Source: an uncultured Mollicutes bacterium (GTDB lineage Bacteria > Bacillota_I > Bacilli_A > ML615J-28 > CAG-313). Taken from it: DNA of 64,000 nucleotides. The position numbers and the translations under genes were made by a program. The stretch is from NCBI GenBank assembly GCA_900548675.1, contig URLJ01000001.1, positions 9,012-73,011 on the forward strand, written 5' to 3'. Shown here one piece after another: positions 9,814 through 18,876 of this stretch. The notes beneath the pieces were generated by a model. That model saw only the letters and a list, made by a program, of their open reading frames with translations, searched no databases and was not told where the DNA came from. Position 1 is the stretch's first letter. Each line of letters opens with the position of its first letter.

Positions 9814-11080
9814 TAATTACCTCCTGTGCTTCTTCCATATCTGGCGCATCTGCGTTTTCTTTTATAATTCCTTCTAACACTTTAAAAGCAAATGATTTCT
9901 TTTTAAAAGCAGTAAAAACACTTTTATCTTCTAATCGAGCTACAACACCTTCGCTTACGTGAGTTTTTCCAATTGGGTCTTCTATATCTAACCATTTGTT
10001 TATTCTTTCATACATATCTTCTTGTGTTGTGAAAATAAATCTATCTAAATCCATTACTGTATTTAATCCCATTATTTCACATCTATGTTTTACAAGTGAC
10101 CAAGGATATTCAATGACTTCTCCATCCGGATTTGTCATTGTCATTCTGTAAACATACATTGCATTTTGTCCTTGCTCACAGCCATATGAGAAAGTAGTTT
10201 TAGCACCATATTTTTTAGTAAATTCTTTATCGTTCATTTTTTTATTATCAGCTATACCCATTATTGTTGTATTTTCGTTAGCCCAACCTACTATCTCGTA
10301 GTAAATTGTTTCACCTTTTAAAAGTCTTCCTTCTAATAAGCGATGATATTTTGCGCGAAAAGCATTGTCTCCATAAAATCCATCTTCGGCAAATTGAGTT
10401 AGCACAACTCTTCTAGTTCCTGTTACATATCTATAACGAGGAAATAATTTAAAAATAAATTGTTCAATTTTATTTTTACCAGCAGATGGCAAGTAAGCTG
10501 TTCTTCCAGAAGTTCCATGCATTTTTAAAGTTAAAGTAACTAAATCGCCAGGTTTAAATCTTTCAATATTGTAGTCAAGTTGTTCAGTATCTCTATGTTC
10601 TTCAAATAGTGGAAATTCATTTACTTTTCTTTTTTCTCTTTTAGTTTGCGCGCGAACCACGGATTTTTTACCTCTTGGTATATATTTTCTACAAATTTCT
10701 TGCCCGTCTAATACTGTAATTTGGTCTCCAAGTGATAAACTATTTACTACTTTTGTTCCAAGATAGTTTAAAGAACTTAATGGCATTACCAATCCATCTG
10801 AACGTTCGCCTCTTAGCTTAATTGCTTTTACATTTCTTTTATCTGGTTCTAAATAACCACCTATATTATTACCATTTTCATCTTTTTTCCTAACTAAATT
10901 ATTGGCTTCACAATATGACTCTGATAACTGTCCATCAGCTGGAAAATACAATACTATATCATCATCTTGTGAGTCTGCGCCAACAATTACTGTTGTATCA
11001 AATACATCTGCTAATACAAGTCTATCTGCATTAGGATGCTTTCTTACATTTTTTAATTTTGTTACATATCCACAATACAT
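9806..11080 (-). CDS. RNA ligase (Rnl2-like nucleotidyltransferase) fused to an N-terminal Trbp111/EMAP-II-like tRNA-binding OB domain
   Basis: N-terminus VRKHPNADRLVLADV...ERSDGLVMPLSSL is the tRNA-binding-domain signature. Motif I KMHGTSG (KxHG as in T4 Rnl2), motif III IYYEIVGW, motif IV EGVVARLED, motif V KKKSFAFKVLEG. Confidence 0.7.
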   Translation of the reverse strand: MYCGYVTKLKNVRKHPNADRLVLADVFDTTVIVGADSQDDDIVLYFPADGQLSESYCEANNLVRKKDENGNNIGGYLEPDKRNVKAIKLRGERSDGLVMPLSSLNYLGTKVVNSLSLGDQITVLDGQEICRKYIPRGKKSVVRAQTKREKRKVNEFPLFEEHRDTEQLDYNIERFKPGDLVTLTLKMHGTSGRTAYLPSAGKNKIEQFIFKLFPRYRYVTGTRRVVLTQFAEDGFYGDNAFRAKYHRLLEGRLLKGETIYYEIVGWANENTTIMGIADNKKMNDKEFTKKYGAKTTFSYGCEQGQNAMYVYRMTMTNPDGEVIEYPWSLVKHRCEIMGLNTVMDLDRFIFTTQEDMYERINKWLDIEDPIGKTHVSEGVVARLEDKSVFTAFKKKSFAFKVLEGIIKENADAPDMEEAQEVINE

Positions 11081-11093
11081 AATTTACTCCTTT

Positions 11094-11627
11094 CTAAAAT
11101 TCATAATTATAATATATTCTTAAATGAGTTTTATTTGTCATTAAATAATAATAATCTGTTTTATATCCATAACGTCTTAACAACTCTACTAAAAATTCTA
11201 AATTTATATAGCGTCCACCAAAATCAACTACTTCTTCATATTGGTCAGTTACAATTAATTTTAAACGATATTCTCTATGCTCTGTCGTTGCGATAAAATG
11301 CTCTTTCATTGCTTTAAAAAAACATTCTAATAATTGCTTATTATCGTTAAACCATTTATGGTATCTTTGCTCCCAAGCTTCGTTTTTTAACTCAGCATTT
11401 AACTGGAAATATTGTTTGATAACCTCTGCACTGACAAAAGTATCATCTTTAATTTGTTGTACTTTTCTAGTTAAATATTGTTCTCTTGTTTCGGCTGGTT
11501 CTTTATTGCATATTGCAGTTTCTGCTTTTATTTCTTTCTCAACTTGTTTTTTCCTTTTCTTTTTTAATCTAGACCAATTCAATTTTATCTCCCCTTTCAC
11601 TATCAAAAATTGTTTTCCACTTTTCAA
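11094..11627 (-). CDS. Hypothetical protein
   Basis: ORF. Confidence 0.5.
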   Translation of the reverse strand: MKSGKQFLIVKGEIKLNWSRLKKKRKKQVEKEIKAETAICNKEPAETREQYLTRKVQQIKDDTFVSAEVIKQYFQLNAELKNEAWEQRYHKWFNDNKQLLECFFKAMKEHFIATTEHREYRLKLIVTDQYEEVVDFGGRYINLEFLVELLRRYGYKTDYYYLMTNKTHLRIYYNYEF

Positions 11628-12624
11628 CTGATTGTTGATTTATTTTTTCAAAATCAAACTTCTTCGCGCGAGAAGCATACAATTTTTTATTATTATAAAT
11701 TCTATATGCACAAGAACGATATTTATTATAGTGTTTCATAGGAATAATAACTCCATTAATATCGTTTTCTACTTGTTCAAATGCAGCTGGAAAATCAGTA
11801 CAAATAATTGGCTTGCTTAAAATTTTTCCTTCGGTAATTGCAAGTCCCCAACTTTCATATTCACTTAATAAAGCCACATAATCCATTTGTTTTACATATG
11901 GAAATGGGTTCATTTGTTTTCCCAAAAACTCAATTTGAGAATATTTATCAAGCATCGCATGAATTTTATTTGTTTCTTCTGGGAAATACCCTTCACCAAT
12001 TATAAACCATTTAAAATCAATTCCCATTTTTATAAACTCATCGCACATTAATTTTACTCTATGCCAACCTTTTTCGTGACTAAGTCTAGCAACCGTACAA
12101 ATGTTTAAATCCTTTGCTAAATTTAATTGTGGTGTATCTAATTCAGCCTTTAATAAAATTTCTTCCGTATTTACGATATTATTAATAACATAACATCTTT
12201 CTAATATTTTATTAGTATAATAAAAACGAGGAATTGTTTTATCTGCAGCGTTACTAACACTAACTATTCTATCCATTTTTCTCATAAATGGTAGGTCATG
12301 AAAACGAGTTCCGTGTGGTGGTACCATAGCATGAGACCATAACACTTTTTGTTTTGCCCTTACAAAACTAATTCTATCTTCATATTCACGCCATAATGAA
12401 CAATATACTAGTGTATCACATTCAAACGGCGCCTGGTCTGTCATAATATTTCTTGCTATTCCGTATTTATTTAATTCTTTTGCTAAATCTAAATTGGCTA
12501 TACTTTTATAGAAAAAATATAAATCATAATCTTTATAAATTCTTTTTGCCAAATTTAAAATTGCCATCTCTACTCCACCAACATATATGTCTGGATAGTA
12601 AAATACAATTTTTTTCTTATTCAC
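11569..12624 (-). CDS. Glycosyltransferase family 1 (GT4-type)
   Basis: VARLSHEKG ... ESWGLAITEG motifs typical of the GT1 fold. Confidence 0.75.
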   Translation of the reverse strand: MNKKKIVFYYPDIYVGGVEMAILNLAKRIYKDYDLYFFYKSIANLDLAKELNKYGIARNIMTDQAPFECDTLVYCSLWREYEDRISFVRAKQKVLWSHAMVPPHGTRFHDLPFMRKMDRIVSVSNAADKTIPRFYYTNKILERCYVINNIVNTEEILLKAELDTPQLNLAKDLNICTVARLSHEKGWHRVKLMCDEFIKMGIDFKWFIIGEGYFPEETNKIHAMLDKYSQIEFLGKQMNPFPYVKQMDYVALLSEYESWGLAITEGKILSKPIICTDFPAAFEQVENDINGVIIPMKHYNKYRSCAYRIYNNKKLYASRAKKFDFEKINQQSVEKWKTIFDSERGDKIELV

Positions 12625-12841
12625 TTTCTTCCTCCATTAATGTATTATATGCTTCAACTAACCCATTTTGTTCATGAGTTGCTCGTTGTATATTTCTTTC
12701 AAAATATTCTTTATTTAAAGCTCCTGCTTCAAACAAATTATATAATTCTTTAAAAAATTTTATTTCTTTTCTTTTTAATTCAATTTTTTGATTTATTTTC
12801 TCCATATTTTCTCCTTTCTTTATAATATAATTATACACCAA
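12617..12841 (-). CDS. Hypothetical protein
   Basis: ORF. Confidence 0.5.
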   Translation of the reverse strand: MVYNYIIKKGENMEKINQKIELKRKEIKFFKELYNLFEAGALNKEYFERNIQRATHEQNGLVEAYNTLMEEESE

Positions 12842-12858
12842 TTTTTAGTTAAAGTCAA
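12830..12858 (-). promoter_or_regulatory. Conserved early promoter cassette (minus)
   Basis: ttgact-17-tataat-tatattataaag. Confidence 0.7.
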
Positions 12859-13002
12859 ATAAACAAAAAGAAACCCTCTGGTACAAACCAGAGGGTAATA
12901 TATGCTGGATTTTCTTTTATGTGAAAATCTAATATCCAGAGTTTTTTAGGCAGTTTGCTCCTATCTGCCACGGATTAGGCATATCTCTAACTCTAAACTT
13001 CG

Positions 13003-13075
13003 CCTAAGCCAGGACTCGAACCTGTATCTCTATATAAATAGCGCTCTAACCAATTAAGCTACATAAGCGAAGTGC
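13003..13075 (-). tRNA. tRNA-like gene, anticodon arm unresolved (possible degenerate tRNA)
   Basis: Minus-strand D-arm tagcttaattggttagagc and T-arm caggttcgagtcctgg; acceptor gcttatg/cttaggc extended by cttc/gaag; no clean anticodon stem found. Confidence 0.35.
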
Positions 13076-13143
13076 GTAAGTTTTGTTATCTTTGCTTACG
13101 CTAAGCGACTTTCACCGCATTTTTGGTTAGTGCAAATACAAAT

Positions 13144-13219
13144 TGGTCTTCGTGGTAAGAGTCGAACTTACAACCTCATGGTCCCAAACCACGCGGCTTA
13201 CCATCAAGCCTTCACGAAG
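13144..13219 (-). tRNA. tRNA-Pro(UGG)
   Basis: Acceptor cttcgtg/cacgaag, anticodon loop ttTGGga, T-arm gtaagttcgactcttac, CCA encoded. Confidence 0.8.
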
Positions 13220-13570
13220 ATAAAGGTTGGCAAACATTTTAATTATATTCAGGAGAGTTTGCCCAAACATAACTCCCTAAGTTTGGTAAGGTTTTTCTTA
13301 GCTGGAATATGAATGATAACCTTTAACATTCTTACCAGCATTGATAGCCCCAAACAGCTATCTTAGCCAAGGAGGTCTTCCCGAAGGATTACTCCCTAAG
13401 CTATGGTATAAGAAATAGCTTTAGCTGTCTCCGTTTGGTTTATCTAACAGCATATAGCCCAGGCTCACGGAATAAAACTATTTCATACTGGCAAAACAAC
13501 AGTAAGACTATGAATGCCTCTTTCACTCCTACTATTCTTACTTTATAGGCGGGCCATAGATTGTTGTTTC

Positions 13571-13646
13571 TGGTGGAACCCCAAGGAATCGAACCTTATC
13601 CTTCGGTTCTTCAGACCGACGCGCACACCAGTTACGCCAGAGTTCC
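13571..13646 (-). tRNA. tRNA-Phe(GAA)
   Basis: Acceptor ggaactc/gggttcc, anticodon loop ctGAAga, T-loop ttcgatt, CCA encoded. Confidence 0.8.
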
Positions 13647-13716
13647 ATAAACGGGGATGTCTGGAGCAGACAAATCATTAATCCCAGCTTTTCTTACAGC
13701 ACTCATAGTGCAGCCC

Positions 13717-14340
13717 CTAATCTAGATGATATCTTTGTTTCCAAGAAAGACTATTTTCTCTTGGAAAATTATAATGTTTCGCCACTAAATTGGTGAATTT
13801 TTCTGTTGGGTTTCGTTTTAAAACTTCTTGGAAAAAATAATAATCTTCTCCATGTTTCATATTTACATCATTTTTTAAACCCTTTATAAATTCAGTACGC
13901 ATTAATTTTACACTACCACAATAATTCACTTTAGTTTCTTGTGCTAAACGCCAGATAGTACCATCATTTATTCTTAAATCAAAATAAATTAAATCTTCCC
14001 CATTTGCATGCGCAATAACTTCTTCTATTGCTGATAAAAAATAATCGTCAGAACCTAATAAAACTATATATTCACCTTTAGCTTTTTCGTAACCAAGATT
14101 AACGGCATTAGAAACTCCTTGATTAATTTCTAAATTGCAATAATTAATTGCACAAATAAGATTATTATCATTAATGTATTCCAAAATTTTATTATGTGTA
14201 TTATCAGTTGAACCATCATTAACGATAATTACTTCTATGTCTTTTCTATTTGGAATGCTATACAATGCACGAAGAATTAAATTTTCTTGATTATATACTG
14301 GAACTATTACGGTTAATTTATAATTCATATGATACCTCAT
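13717..14340 (-). CDS. Glycosyltransferase family 2
   Basis: LTVIVPVYNQENLILRALYSI...IIVNDGSTDNT is the GT2 N-terminal signature. Confidence 0.8.
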   Translation of the reverse strand: MRYHMNYKLTVIVPVYNQENLILRALYSIPNRKDIEVIIVNDGSTDNTHNKILEYINDNNLICAINYCNLEINQGVSNAVNLGYEKAKGEYIVLLGSDDYFLSAIEEVIAHANGEDLIYFDLRINDGTIWRLAQETKVNYCGSVKLMRTEFIKGLKNDVNMKHGEDYYFFQEVLKRNPTEKFTNLVAKHYNFPRENSLSWKQRYHLD

Positions 14341-14600
14341 TTACCTTTATATATTCTATACCATTCATAGTAATCTGGCTCGCCTGGATAATTCCAAGCT
14401 TTATGAGAATGACAATATTCTTTCCAAGTTGAAGAAAAACTATAATCATAAATAAAATCCCAAGGCTCAACTAATTTGCGATAAGCCTTACCATTTGGTA
14501 TATCTTTTGTTTTTCTTACGACTTTATTACAATATCGTTTTCCCCATTTGCTACTATCTCTATCCTTACAAAAAGGATATTTTTTATAACTTCTACTCAT
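14337..14600 (-). CDS. Hypothetical protein
   Basis: ORF. Confidence 0.5.
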   Translation of the reverse strand: MSRSYKKYPFCKDRDSSKWGKRYCNKVVRKTKDIPNGKAYRKLVEPWDFIYDYSFSSTWKEYCHSHKAWNYPGEPDYYEWYRIYKGK

Positions 14601-14671
14601 AATTTACCTCCTATGAGGTTTTACCTCATTAGAAAGTAACTCTGTTCTTATTCATAAGACCAACTCCTTAT

Positions 14672-14923
14672 TTAATTAAATGGTATTAAATCAGAAGATA
14701 AAATAGTGCTATCAACTATTTTTAATGTACTGCACGTTGGGCATTGTACTTTTTTATTTAATCTTTTCGTATGCCACTGATTCATATATAAAGACGAATC
14801 AAAAGTAGTTTCTTCATCAATTTCTTCTATAATATCTTCTTTATCGTATTCAAAAATACAACCACATTTATAACAATTTAATCTATTACTTGGTTTAATA
14901 TATCCTTCTTTTATAACTTTCAT
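14672..14923 (-). CDS. Zinc-ribbon hypothetical protein
   Basis: CYKCGC ... CPTC cysteine pairs. Confidence 0.5.
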   Translation of the reverse strand: MKVIKEGYIKPSNRLNCYKCGCIFEYDKEDIIEEIDEETTFDSSLYMNQWHTKRLNKKVQCPTCSTLKIVDSTILSSDLIPFN

Positions 14924-15282
14924 ACAATTCCTTCTTTCTTATTAATTTGTTTTGGCTGGCGCGTTGCAGCGCCAGATAAGAGTTTATTACCACATACGGT
15001 CTAGTACTAACCTGCTATTGTCCCCGTTACGAGCGTAAGTTTTGGGTTGTTTATGGATTGCGGCAAGCCCTCTCGCCAGAGCCCTCTTATTCACCGCCTT
15101 TGAGTACTTTTACTTGCTATCTTACGACATTAGTATCCCATTACTAGATACCCGACTGATAGATACCATTTGGAGCTGACTTGGGTTTTTATCGGCGTCA
15201 ACAAGTCTGTAACCCCATAATCATAAAAAACAGTTTGGAAATAGCTTCAATCCACTTATTTTCTATTTAGCCGACAGTCTGC
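14924..15282 (-). other. GC-enriched ORF-free block of unknown function (candidate structured RNA)
   Basis: No ORF above 60 aa on either strand; local GC well above the window average; no tRNA resolvable. Confidence 0.3.
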
Positions 15283-15359
15283 TGGTAGCGACAGTTGGAC
15301 TCGAACCAACGACCTACTGGGTATGAACCAGTTGCACTAGCCAACTGTGCTATGTCGCT
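15283..15359 (-). tRNA. tRNA-Met(CAU) elongator-type (or Ile-lysidine type)
   Basis: Acceptor agcgaca/tgtcgct, anticodon loop ttCATac, T-arm gttggttcgagtccaac, CCA encoded. Confidence 0.8.
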
Positions 15360-15468
15360 ATATAGGTGGTGTTCGAGGATTTAAGTACTATTACCTCGTA
15401 TCGGCTCCCTCGCGCCGCACATTTGTTGGTCATTTATTATACGCGACAACTGTGAACTCTCGCGTAGC

Positions 15469-15543
15469 TGGCACCGGCGCTAAGACTCGAACTCAGACAA
15501 ACAGTTTTGGAGACTGTTGTGCTACCGATTACACTACACCGAT
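15469..15543 (-). tRNA. tRNA-Trp(CCA)
   Basis: Anticodon loop ctCCAaa, stem acagt/actgt, T-arm ctgagttcgagtcttag, CCA encoded; the acceptor has two G-U pairs. Confidence 0.7.
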
Positions 15544-15611
15544 ATAGACTACCAGGCTTAACTTATAATGCGCCAAACCTGTTTGCAACTTCCAATGCGC
15601 ATATAATTAAA

Positions 15612-15784
15612 CAGCTTTCTTCCAATTAAAACCGAAGGCGCGTTTGCCAGTATTAATAGAATTAACTATTAACATTTGAACTTTCCAGTCATCCATTTTT
15701 GTATCAATAGATGCAGAAGCCTCCTTAATTGAATTGAATTGTGCTATTTCTTTTTTATCTTTTACTTGTTTAATTTTTTCCATT
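15612..15784 (-). CDS. Small hypothetical protein (about 57 aa), not in the ORF track
   Basis: aaaggtggttatata-ATG gives MEKIKQVKDKKEIAQFNSIKEAS...; lies between tRNAs. Confidence 0.35.
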
Positions 15785-15808
15785 ATATAACCACCTTTCT
15801 AAATTGAT

Positions 15809-15884
15809 TGGAGCACGATGCGAGACTCGAACTCGCCCCATCTGCTTGGAAGGCAGGAATGCTAGCCACTGACACCAATCGTGC
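15809..15884 (-). tRNA. tRNA-Gly(UCC)
   Basis: Acceptor gcacgat/atcgtgc, anticodon loop ctTCCaa, T-arm gcgagttcgagtctcgc, CCA encoded. Confidence 0.75.
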
Positions 15885-15899
15885 AAATAAAGGTTAGTA

Positions 15900-16742
15900 C
15901 TTTTGATAAAGCAGACTGTACCAAACTGCTTTTGTAATAGCTATCGTTGAGAGCCTTTACCTTCCTGCATCTTCACTCAAAGGTGAGCCGCGTACACCAT
16001 CTCTCAATATTAAACAGGGTCTATTGTTCCACTATTACATCAATAATCTTACATATCTCAGTTTAGTTTGTACCTCGTTACTCTTTATGAATAAGTATTT
16101 TCATACTGGAAGATTACAGAATACTTCCAACTAACAGTTCAACTCTGTAAGATAATTCACCTATCTTCATCTGGGAATATTTACTGTTAGAGCCTAAGCC
16201 ACGACATTTTCAACCCAACTCCAACTCGTCTTGCAATTAGCAAGTTTGCCAGAGCGTCCGCTTAGCTTCACTTTCTCACGACTAAACTCATCTTGAAACC
16301 AGACCTCTAATATATTTCCACCGAATTTCACTTGGAGCCACTTCCAACTCCTTTGGTCTGTGCCTTACGCCGTTGATAGCGCATTCAGCCATAATGACTA
16401 TTGTTCTTGTACTTTTTTGAGCTACCCGATTTCCACCACGAGGAGGTAAGTACACTGGAAATCATATTTGGTTTGGTGGGGCGGCACTCCCACATCTCTT
16501 ATAAGCCCTAAATCTTACCTATAATGGATTTTAACCATTCCTCCACAGTTGCCCGGCTGTCACGGACTCGAACCGTTCGATATTAGGGTTGATAGCTGCC
16601 TTTCTATCCTCAAACCTGCAATAGGCCGTTGCTGGTTATAACTTTTTCGTATCGCCGACACTCTCTCGCTACAAGAGCCGCTTGCCTAAATTCACTATTA
16701 GGTCTGTTACAGACTGTTTCGCATTTCACCTATCGCTATGTA
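15900..16742 (-). other. About 840-bp GC-enriched ORF-free block; candidate structured ncRNA or degenerate tRNA region
   Basis: No ORF above 20 aa with an RBS on the minus strand; a T-loop-like ggttcgagtcc (reverse complement at 16565-16575) lacks a matching acceptor. Confidence 0.3.
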
Positions 16743-16955
16743 TTAAACAGAAAAATAACTAACTGAGCAATTAGGATATTCTGTTTTTAATTGATTAGTA
16801 CGTTCTTTTGCTATTGGCGCACTTTCTACATATTCACTATAAATTATTTTATAAGGAACATCAGAATTTATGCGTCCTCCTTCTGCTACTATTATTTTTT
16901 GTCTTATTTTCTTTTCTACTTTCTTTTCTACAACATTAGATTTTTTTACTGCCAT
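16743..16955 (-). CDS. Hypothetical protein
   Basis: ORF. Confidence 0.5.
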   Translation of the reverse strand: MAVKKSNVVEKKVEKKIRQKIIVAEGGRINSDVPYKIIYSEYVESAPIAKERTNQLKTEYPNCSVSYFSV

Positions 16956-16981
16956 ATTAAATACTTCCTTTCTTTTTATAT

Positions 16982-17326
16982 TTATTGTGGTATTTTCAAT
17001 TTTTTAATTACTTCAACTTTTGCTATAAATTTGCCAAGTTTAAAAGTTATTTTACCGTTATTTACTGTTAAAATTGTACCTTCTTTAAAGTTATTTATTA
17101 TATTTTGAATAATTTTATTTTTAAGACTATCGGTTGTAAGTAAATTATTGTCCTCTAACAAAGCTTTTGCTTCAGTAAATTTTATTTCATAAACTTTGTC
17201 ATTCACAGTAATTAAATTATAAATTCCATTACCTGTCATTGAGTATTTTCTTTGATAAGTATTAGGAAAATATTTTTTTAAAAACTCACCAAACTTATAA
17301 TCATATTCCCAAAAATATTCTATCAT
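16982..17326 (-). CDS. Hypothetical protein
   Basis: ORF. Confidence 0.55.
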   Translation of the reverse strand: MIEYFWEYDYKFGEFLKKYFPNTYQRKYSMTGNGIYNLITVNDKVYEIKFTEAKALLEDNNLLTTDSLKNKIIQNIINNFKEGTILTVNNGKITFKLGKFIAKVEVIKKLKIPQ

Positions 17327-17357
17327 TCAAATCACTTTCCTTTCTTTCTATAATATA

Positions 17358-17386
17358 ATTATACATTAATTTTTATAAAAAGTCAA
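17358..17386 (-). promoter_or_regulatory. Conserved early promoter cassette (minus)
   Basis: ttgact-17-tataat-tatattataga. Confidence 0.7.
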
Positions 17387-17389
17387 ATT

Positions 17390-17566
17390 TGCGAAACCTC
17401 ACATCACGCGGAGTGCCTTTCCTCTCAGCCACCGCCCAGTTTCCCAGGCAGGAAGGAGTCGAACCTTCGTCCGCAACTTGATAAAAGAAAGTATATACTT
17501 TTGCAACGTTTTAGAGTGTTGCTCCTCTGCGCTGGTATTATATATATTAAATATTATATAATCAAT
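17390..17566 (-). other. tRNA-like structured element downstream of the HNH gene; not resolvable as an intact tRNA
   Basis: T-arm gaaggttcgactccttc with a 3' acceptor-like ctgcctg but no complementary 5' strand; several hairpins (gcaac/gttgc, aaagtatatacttt). Confidence 0.3.
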
Positions 17567-18097
17567 TTAAATTAAAGCCCATTCTTCGTCTGTATACTGT
17601 TTTATTTCTGATTTTTTAGATGGTAATTTTTCTGAAATGCACCATTTTCTAATAGCATTATCACTAACTTCAAACATTTTTCCAATTAGTACAAAAGAAT
17701 TGTTTCTTATTAAATTTTTTAATTCTTCACGAGAAGGTCGATTTGCAACCTTTCTACGGTATAAACTACTACATTTAAAACATCTAATATTTTCAGAATT
17801 AATGATTGTCCCACAGTCGCAACATTTATTTGGCGGACTTATATAATAATCGTTTTCTTTTTCAAATTTTCCAGTTTGATGAAATCTAGTATGGTCTCCT
17901 TTTGTTTTAAAAACCATTAAATTAGAAGGATTATTATTGCTTCTATTTTCATCTATGTGATGAACTACTTCTTCCGAAGTTAAATTTCTACCAAGCATTT
18001 TTTCAGCAACTAAAATATGGTCATAAACACAACCAGAATTACCTATTGTTCTAGAATGATTAGGACACCAACTAGCATCATAGCCATTTATATTCAT
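17567..18097 (-). CDS. HNH homing endonuclease (HNH_3-type) embedded in the tRNA array
   Basis: EEVVHHIDENRSNNNPSNLMVF motif and C-terminal zinc-ribbon cysteines. Confidence 0.8.
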   Translation of the reverse strand: MNINGYDASWCPNHSRTIGNSGCVYDHILVAEKMLGRNLTSEEVVHHIDENRSNNNPSNLMVFKTKGDHTRFHQTGKFEKENDYYISPPNKCCDCGTIINSENIRCFKCSSLYRRKVANRPSREELKNLIRNNSFVLIGKMFEVSDNAIRKWCISEKLPSKKSEIKQYTDEEWALI

Positions 18098-18113
18098 TTT
18101 AATACCTCTTTTA

Positions 18114-18187
18114 TGGTGAGGATACCAAGAATCGGACTTGAGTCTATTGATTAAAAGTCAATTGCTTTACCACTAAGCTATATCCCC
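18114..18187 (-). tRNA. tRNA-Lys(UUU)
   Basis: Acceptor ggggata/tatcctc, D-arm tagcttagtggtaaagc, anticodon loop ctTTTaa; non-canonical T-loop tccgatt; CCA encoded. Confidence 0.75.
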
Positions 18188-18193
18188 ATTTAT

Positions 18194-18270
18194 TGGTGGA
18201 GAATGACGGACTCGAACCGTCCACCTTCTCGGTGCAAGCGAGATGTTCTAGCCAGATGAACTAATTCCCC
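18194..18270 (-). tRNA. tRNA-Ala(UGC)
   Basis: Acceptor ggggaat/attctcc, anticodon loop ctTGCac, T-arm gacggttcgagtccgtc, CCA encoded. Confidence 0.8.
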
Positions 18271-18394
18271 ATAGGCCCTCGTTTGTTTTGTTATCGCGTC
18301 TCTGCCAGTCAAACGAGCAAATATCTCACGCCTATTAAATTATAGGTAATTCTCAATTTATTATTCTATTTAACGCTCCTGAGAAAAGAGCACT

Positions 18395-18469
18395 TGGCGC
18401 CTCGACCGAGAATTGAACTCGGGTCTCCTGCGTGACAGGCAGGTGTCATGACCACTAAACTACCGAGAC
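18395..18469 (-). tRNA. tRNA-Asp(GUC)
   Basis: Anticodon stem cctgc/gcagg, loop ctGTCac, T-arm ccgagttcaattctcgg, CCA encoded. Confidence 0.75.
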
Positions 18470-18571
18470 ATTAATACAGTTTTGATGTAGACTGTAAACT
18501 ACCTCTATGTCCTTTAGATGTCGCATAGAGTGACCTCGAGATTGGAAAGACCTCTCTCATATAATGTTCCC

Positions 18572-18659
18572 TGGCGCGTACTCAAGGATTCGAACCTTGG
18601 AGCCGTTTCCGACTTCCAGTTTTCAAGACTGGCGCCTTCAGCCACTCGGCCAAGTACGC
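18572..18659 (-). tRNA. tRNA-Ser(UGA) with long variable arm
   Basis: Perfect acceptor gcgtact/agtacgc, anticodon loop ctTGAaa, long variable arm, T-arm caaggttcgaatccttg, CCA encoded. Confidence 0.8.
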
Positions 18660-18665
18660 ATATGT

Positions 18666-18740
18666 TGGTAGCCCGTACCAGAGTCGAACTGGTGACTCCA
18701 CCGTGAAAGGGTGGTGGCTTGACCACTTGCCCAACGGGCC
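18666..18740 (-). tRNA. tRNA-Glu(UUC)
   Basis: Acceptor ggcccgt/acgggct, anticodon stem ccacc/ggtgg, loop ctTTCac, T-arm accagttcgactctggt, CCA encoded. Confidence 0.75.
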
Positions 18741-18876
18741 ATATAAACTCTCACAGCCAGCTCTTTATATTCTATGTAAACATGACGACGAATTCTATTG
18801 AGCATCTTTAAGAGTTACCTCGCCGATTGTACCCACTGTGATAGGGAGGCTATAACTTATCGCTATTAACACTTAG

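Noticed and set aside
13130-13312. Plus-strand ORF over the tRNA-Pro region
   Set aside because: Overlaps a well-folded minus-strand tRNA; no RBS.
15347-15547. Plus-strand ORF across tRNA-Met/tRNA-Trp
   Set aside because: Antisense to two tRNAs.
16548-16640. T-loop-like ggttcgagtcc at 16565-16575 as a tRNA
   Set aside because: No complementary 5' acceptor strand or D-arm could be found within 120 nt on either side; left as part of the unassigned structured block.
18514-18726. Two overlapping ORFs (both strands) across tRNA-Ser/tRNA-Glu
   Set aside because: GC-rich tRNA sequence translated by chance.
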